Shown one piece after another: positions 62,071 to 64,000 of a stretch of 64,000 bases of DNA. Position 1 is the stretch's first letter. Each line of letters begins with the position of its first letter. Origin of the DNA: Patescibacteria group bacterium AH-259-L05 (lineage in GTDB: Bacteria > Patescibacteriota > Patescibacteriia > UBA2591 > UBA6264); contig JALLOO010000001.1 in assembly GCA_027717985.1 (NCBI GenBank), forward strand, positions 16,534-80,533. The letters run 5' to 3'. The notes under the pieces were generated by a model, which ran no database searches, was not told the DNA's origin, and saw only the letters and a program-made list of their open reading frames with translations. The position numbers and the translations under genes are program-made.

Positions 62071-62564
62071 CGTATCAATATTGTTCAATGTGCGGCGCAT
62101 CATTGCGTACGGACAAAAATAATAACCTTGCGTGTACGCAGTGTGTGTTTGTCAATTATCAAAATCCGCGGCCTACAGCAACAGCGCTCGTGTTGTATAA
62201 TAATAAATTATTATTCACTAAACGTGCGCGTGAACCATTTAAAAATTGGTGGGATTTGCCAGGCGGCTTTATTGATAAAGATGAAACCCCAGAAGAGTGT
62301 GCTATTCGTGAGTTAAAAGAAGAAACCGGACTTGATATAACAATAGAAAAATTGTTTGGTATTTATCTAGGCACATATCCATCAGATTTTGATCCCTTTG
62401 ATATACTAAGTATAGTATATATTGCAAGCTGTAATACTGATAAGGTAGGGGCAGAAGATGATGTAAGCGAGAGCCGTTGGTTTTCAAAAGATGAAATACC
62501 TAAAAATATTGCGTTTGATAGCAATCAAGATGTTATTAAAGATTTTTTAAAAATATGGAATTAA
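62067..62564 (+). CDS. NUDIX hydrolase with N-terminal zinc ribbon (NudC-like architecture)
   Basis: CSMC...CTQC ribbon, then the Nudix box GGFIDKDETPEECAIRELKEETGL. Confidence 0.75.
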   Translation: MTYQYCSMCGASLRTDKNNNLACTQCVFVNYQNPRPTATALVLYNNKLLFTKRAREPFKNWWDLPGGFIDKDETPEECAIRELKEETGLDITIEKLFGIYLGTYPSDFDPFDILSIVYIASCNTDKVGAEDDVSESRWFSKDEIPKNIAFDSNQDVIKDFLKIWN

Positions 62565-63232
62565 CAAATCTATCATACTATGTTGATCTTTCTGATTTTG
62601 CTCATAAAGTGTTATTTGAGGGCAGTGAGTATGTATTTGATTTTTTAAAAAAACTTACTGAGTATGTAAAAAATAATGTTAAATCAGAAATTCATGGTAC
62701 CGTAATGAAAGGAGCCCATGTTGGCGATAACGTATATATTGGCAAGGGGAGCGTCATACAACCAGGTGCGTGGGTGCATGGGCCGGCTATTATTGGTGAA
62801 AATTGTGAGGTTCGACATGGCGCGTATGTAGGCGCCAATACTCTCACGGGTGATCGTGTGGTAATTGGTCATGCGTCAGAAGTGGGGAATTCTGTTTTTT
62901 TAAATGATGCGCGTGCGCCACATTTTGCATTTGTCGGGCACAGCTTATTAGGCAATAAAGTAAACTTAGGAGCCGGCACAAAATTATCTAACCTCAAGGT
63001 GACCTTTAAGGAAATCGAGATTAACGGCATTAAAACCGGACTCGAGAAAATCGGTGCAATTATTGGTGATAATGTTTCGTTAGGGTGCAACACCGTAACT
63101 CAGCCAGCGGTTTTTATTGGTAAAAATGTTTTTGGCTATCCTTTGGCTTTGATTCGGGGTTTTGTTCCTTCAAATACCATTATAAAAGTCCGCCAAACCC
63201 AAGAAACTGCTGAATTTGATCCCAACCGCTAA
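62555..63232 (+). CDS. Left-handed beta-helix (hexapeptide-repeat) transferase-like protein
   Basis: Successive hexapeptide-type repeats (HVGDNVYIGKGSVIQPGAWVHGPAIIGENCEVRHGAYVGANTLTGDRVVIGH...). Resembles the C-terminal domain of GlmU and sugar-nucleotidyltransferases. Confidence 0.6.
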   Translation: MELTNLSYYVDLSDFAHKVLFEGSEYVFDFLKKLTEYVKNNVKSEIHGTVMKGAHVGDNVYIGKGSVIQPGAWVHGPAIIGENCEVRHGAYVGANTLTGDRVVIGHASEVGNSVFLNDARAPHFAFVGHSLLGNKVNLGAGTKLSNLKVTFKEIEINGIKTGLEKIGAIIGDNVSLGCNTVTQPAVFIGKNVFGYPLALIRGFVPSNTIIKVRQTQETAEFDPNR

Positions 63233-63260
63233 ACTATATACCTTGCTAATCCTCAGTTGC

Positions 63261-63290
63261 TGTGGGTATCCGATGCCCACATATTTTATT
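63261..63290 (+). terminator. Rho-independent terminator
   Basis: tgtggg / cccaca stem followed by tattttattt. Confidence 0.5.
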
Positions 63291-63381
63291 TAGTAATTTT
63301 GTTTGACAGGAATATAACAATATGTTAATTTTATACTGTTGTTCGTTTCATTTGTGTAACCTCAAAAAACTAGGAGGAAAA

Positions 63382-63567
63382 ATGTTAGGAGATATTTTGA
63401 TAGGAATAGGGATGCTTACGGCAGTAGCAATGTTTTGGTGGGGGGTTGATAGAATGGCAGAGTTTTTTATGCTGGGCAGAAAGAGAGATTTAGTCGCAGG
63501 AGCGGTGCTATGGGTATTTTTTAGTGCTTTTGTTTTAATTGTTTCGGTCCCATTTCCTATATTTTAG
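63382..63567 (+). CDS. Small 2-TM membrane protein (61 aa)
   Basis: An AGGAGG SD lies 5 nt before ATG 63382. MLGDILIGIGMLTAVAMFWWG.... The ORF-track start at 63322 lacks an SD. Confidence 0.55.
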   Translation: MLGDILIGIGMLTAVAMFWWGVDRMAEFFMLGRKRDLVAGAVLWVFFSAFVLIVSVPFPIF

Positions 63568-63620
63568 TAAACAAGGTTCATAAGCAAAAGATCAGTTAGT
63601 CATAAAAGTAAGAGCATAGA

Positions 63621-63650
63621 AAAGTTGTCGGTCATAGTCGACAACTTTTT
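63621..63650 (+). terminator. Rho-independent terminator
   Basis: aaagttgtcg / cgacaacttt forms a 10-bp stem followed by a T-run. Confidence 0.7.
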
Positions 63651-63691
63651 GCATACTGTTTATTACCGTGGTATTTTGGTATAATCATTAT

Positions 63692-64000
63692 ATGAATATT
63701 TTAGGCATTGATTATGGAGGAAAATTTGTAGGGTTGGCGTTGGCTGATGATACGTTGAAAATCGCTACGCCATATAAAGTATTGGAGAATAAAGACTCTT
63801 TAATAGAGGATCTTAAAAATATTATTAAAGCAAAAAAAATACAAAAGATTGTTATCGGGAGGCCGCTCTCTTTATCAGGAAAAGAAACACAGCAAACACA
63901 GCAAACTGATATGTTTATATCTGTTACAAAAAAAGATATTGATCTTCCGGTGATAAGCTTTGACGAACGATTGACTACTAAGCTTGCAGATACACTGCTC
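63692..64000 (+). CDS. ruvX: Holliday-junction resolvase-like RuvX/YqgF (3' end beyond the window)
   Basis: Frame open from ATG 63692 to the window end: MNILGIDYGGKFVGLALADDTLKIATPYKVL...IQKIVIGRPLSLSGKETQQT. This matches the YqgF pattern (ilGlDyG.k.iGvA...vvG.P....G). An extended -10 (tggtataat, 63678-63685) lies 6 nt upstream. Confidence 0.75.
   Translation, partial: MNILGIDYGGKFVGLALADDTLKIATPYKVLENKDSLIEDLKNIIKAKKIQKIVIGRPLSLSGKETQQTQQTDMFISVTKKDIDLPVISFDERLTTKLADTLL

Noticed and set aside
1-64000. An alternative genetic code (UGA as Gly, as in Gracilibacteria/Absconditabacteria).
   Set aside because: TGA terminates many well-aligned genes (all the ATGA overlaps, for example). RF2 is present with a UGA-dependent frameshift site. 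I saw no conserved protein needing read-through of TGA.

Overview
The window is an AT-rich, gene-dense bacterial chromosome segment that uses the standard genetic code. TGA ends many conserved genes, and RF2 is present with its UGA-dependent +1 frameshift. Several features fit a Candidate Phyla Radiation / Patescibacteria-type genome (inference only): an S10-spc ribosomal operon with no L30 gene between S5 and L15, a split ComEC, 4-nt gene overlaps and leaderless-looking promoters.

Layout:
(i) 1-20075: at least 12 head-to-tail, mostly translationally coupled paralogs of a 553-602 aa cysteine-rich protein. Copy 1 is cut by the window edge. Each protein has duplicated zinc-ribbon end modules and 12-residue Cys repeats. 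I do not recognise the function; this is the stand-out feature.
(ii) 20117-21751: an orphan, soluble TraD/VirD4/TrwB-like P-loop ATPase. It ends in the same CxxC-x17-CxxC ribbon that the array proteins use.
(iii) 21.7-24.9 kb: rsmI, metG, cvpA-like and a small membrane protein.
(iv) 24.9-37.7 kb: a mixed-orientation accessory patch. It holds a frameshifted trypsin-like protease, an EEP lipoprotein, metE, htrA, an hmgA-FAH pair, an FBP aldolase/phosphatase, hypotheticals and a GT4-like glycosyltransferase.
(v) 37.8-43.9 kb: a candidate sRNA, prfB, and glmS followed directly by an AbrB-LAGLIDADG gene and a PDZ gene bracketed by ~85-nt direct repeats.
(vi) 43.9-48.1 kb: ComEC split into channel and MBL genes at a repeat element, a dcd-like gene and a long adk-like paralog.
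(vii) 48.2-62.1 kb: tuf, rpsJ through rplO, secY, adk and map.
(viii) 62.1-64.0 kb: NudC-like Nudix, a hexapeptide-repeat protein, a small membrane protein and a partial ruvX.

Two families of short dispersed repeats occupy intergenic gaps, including gaps inside the ribosomal operon. I recognised no rRNA, tRNA, CRISPR array, transposase or integrase.
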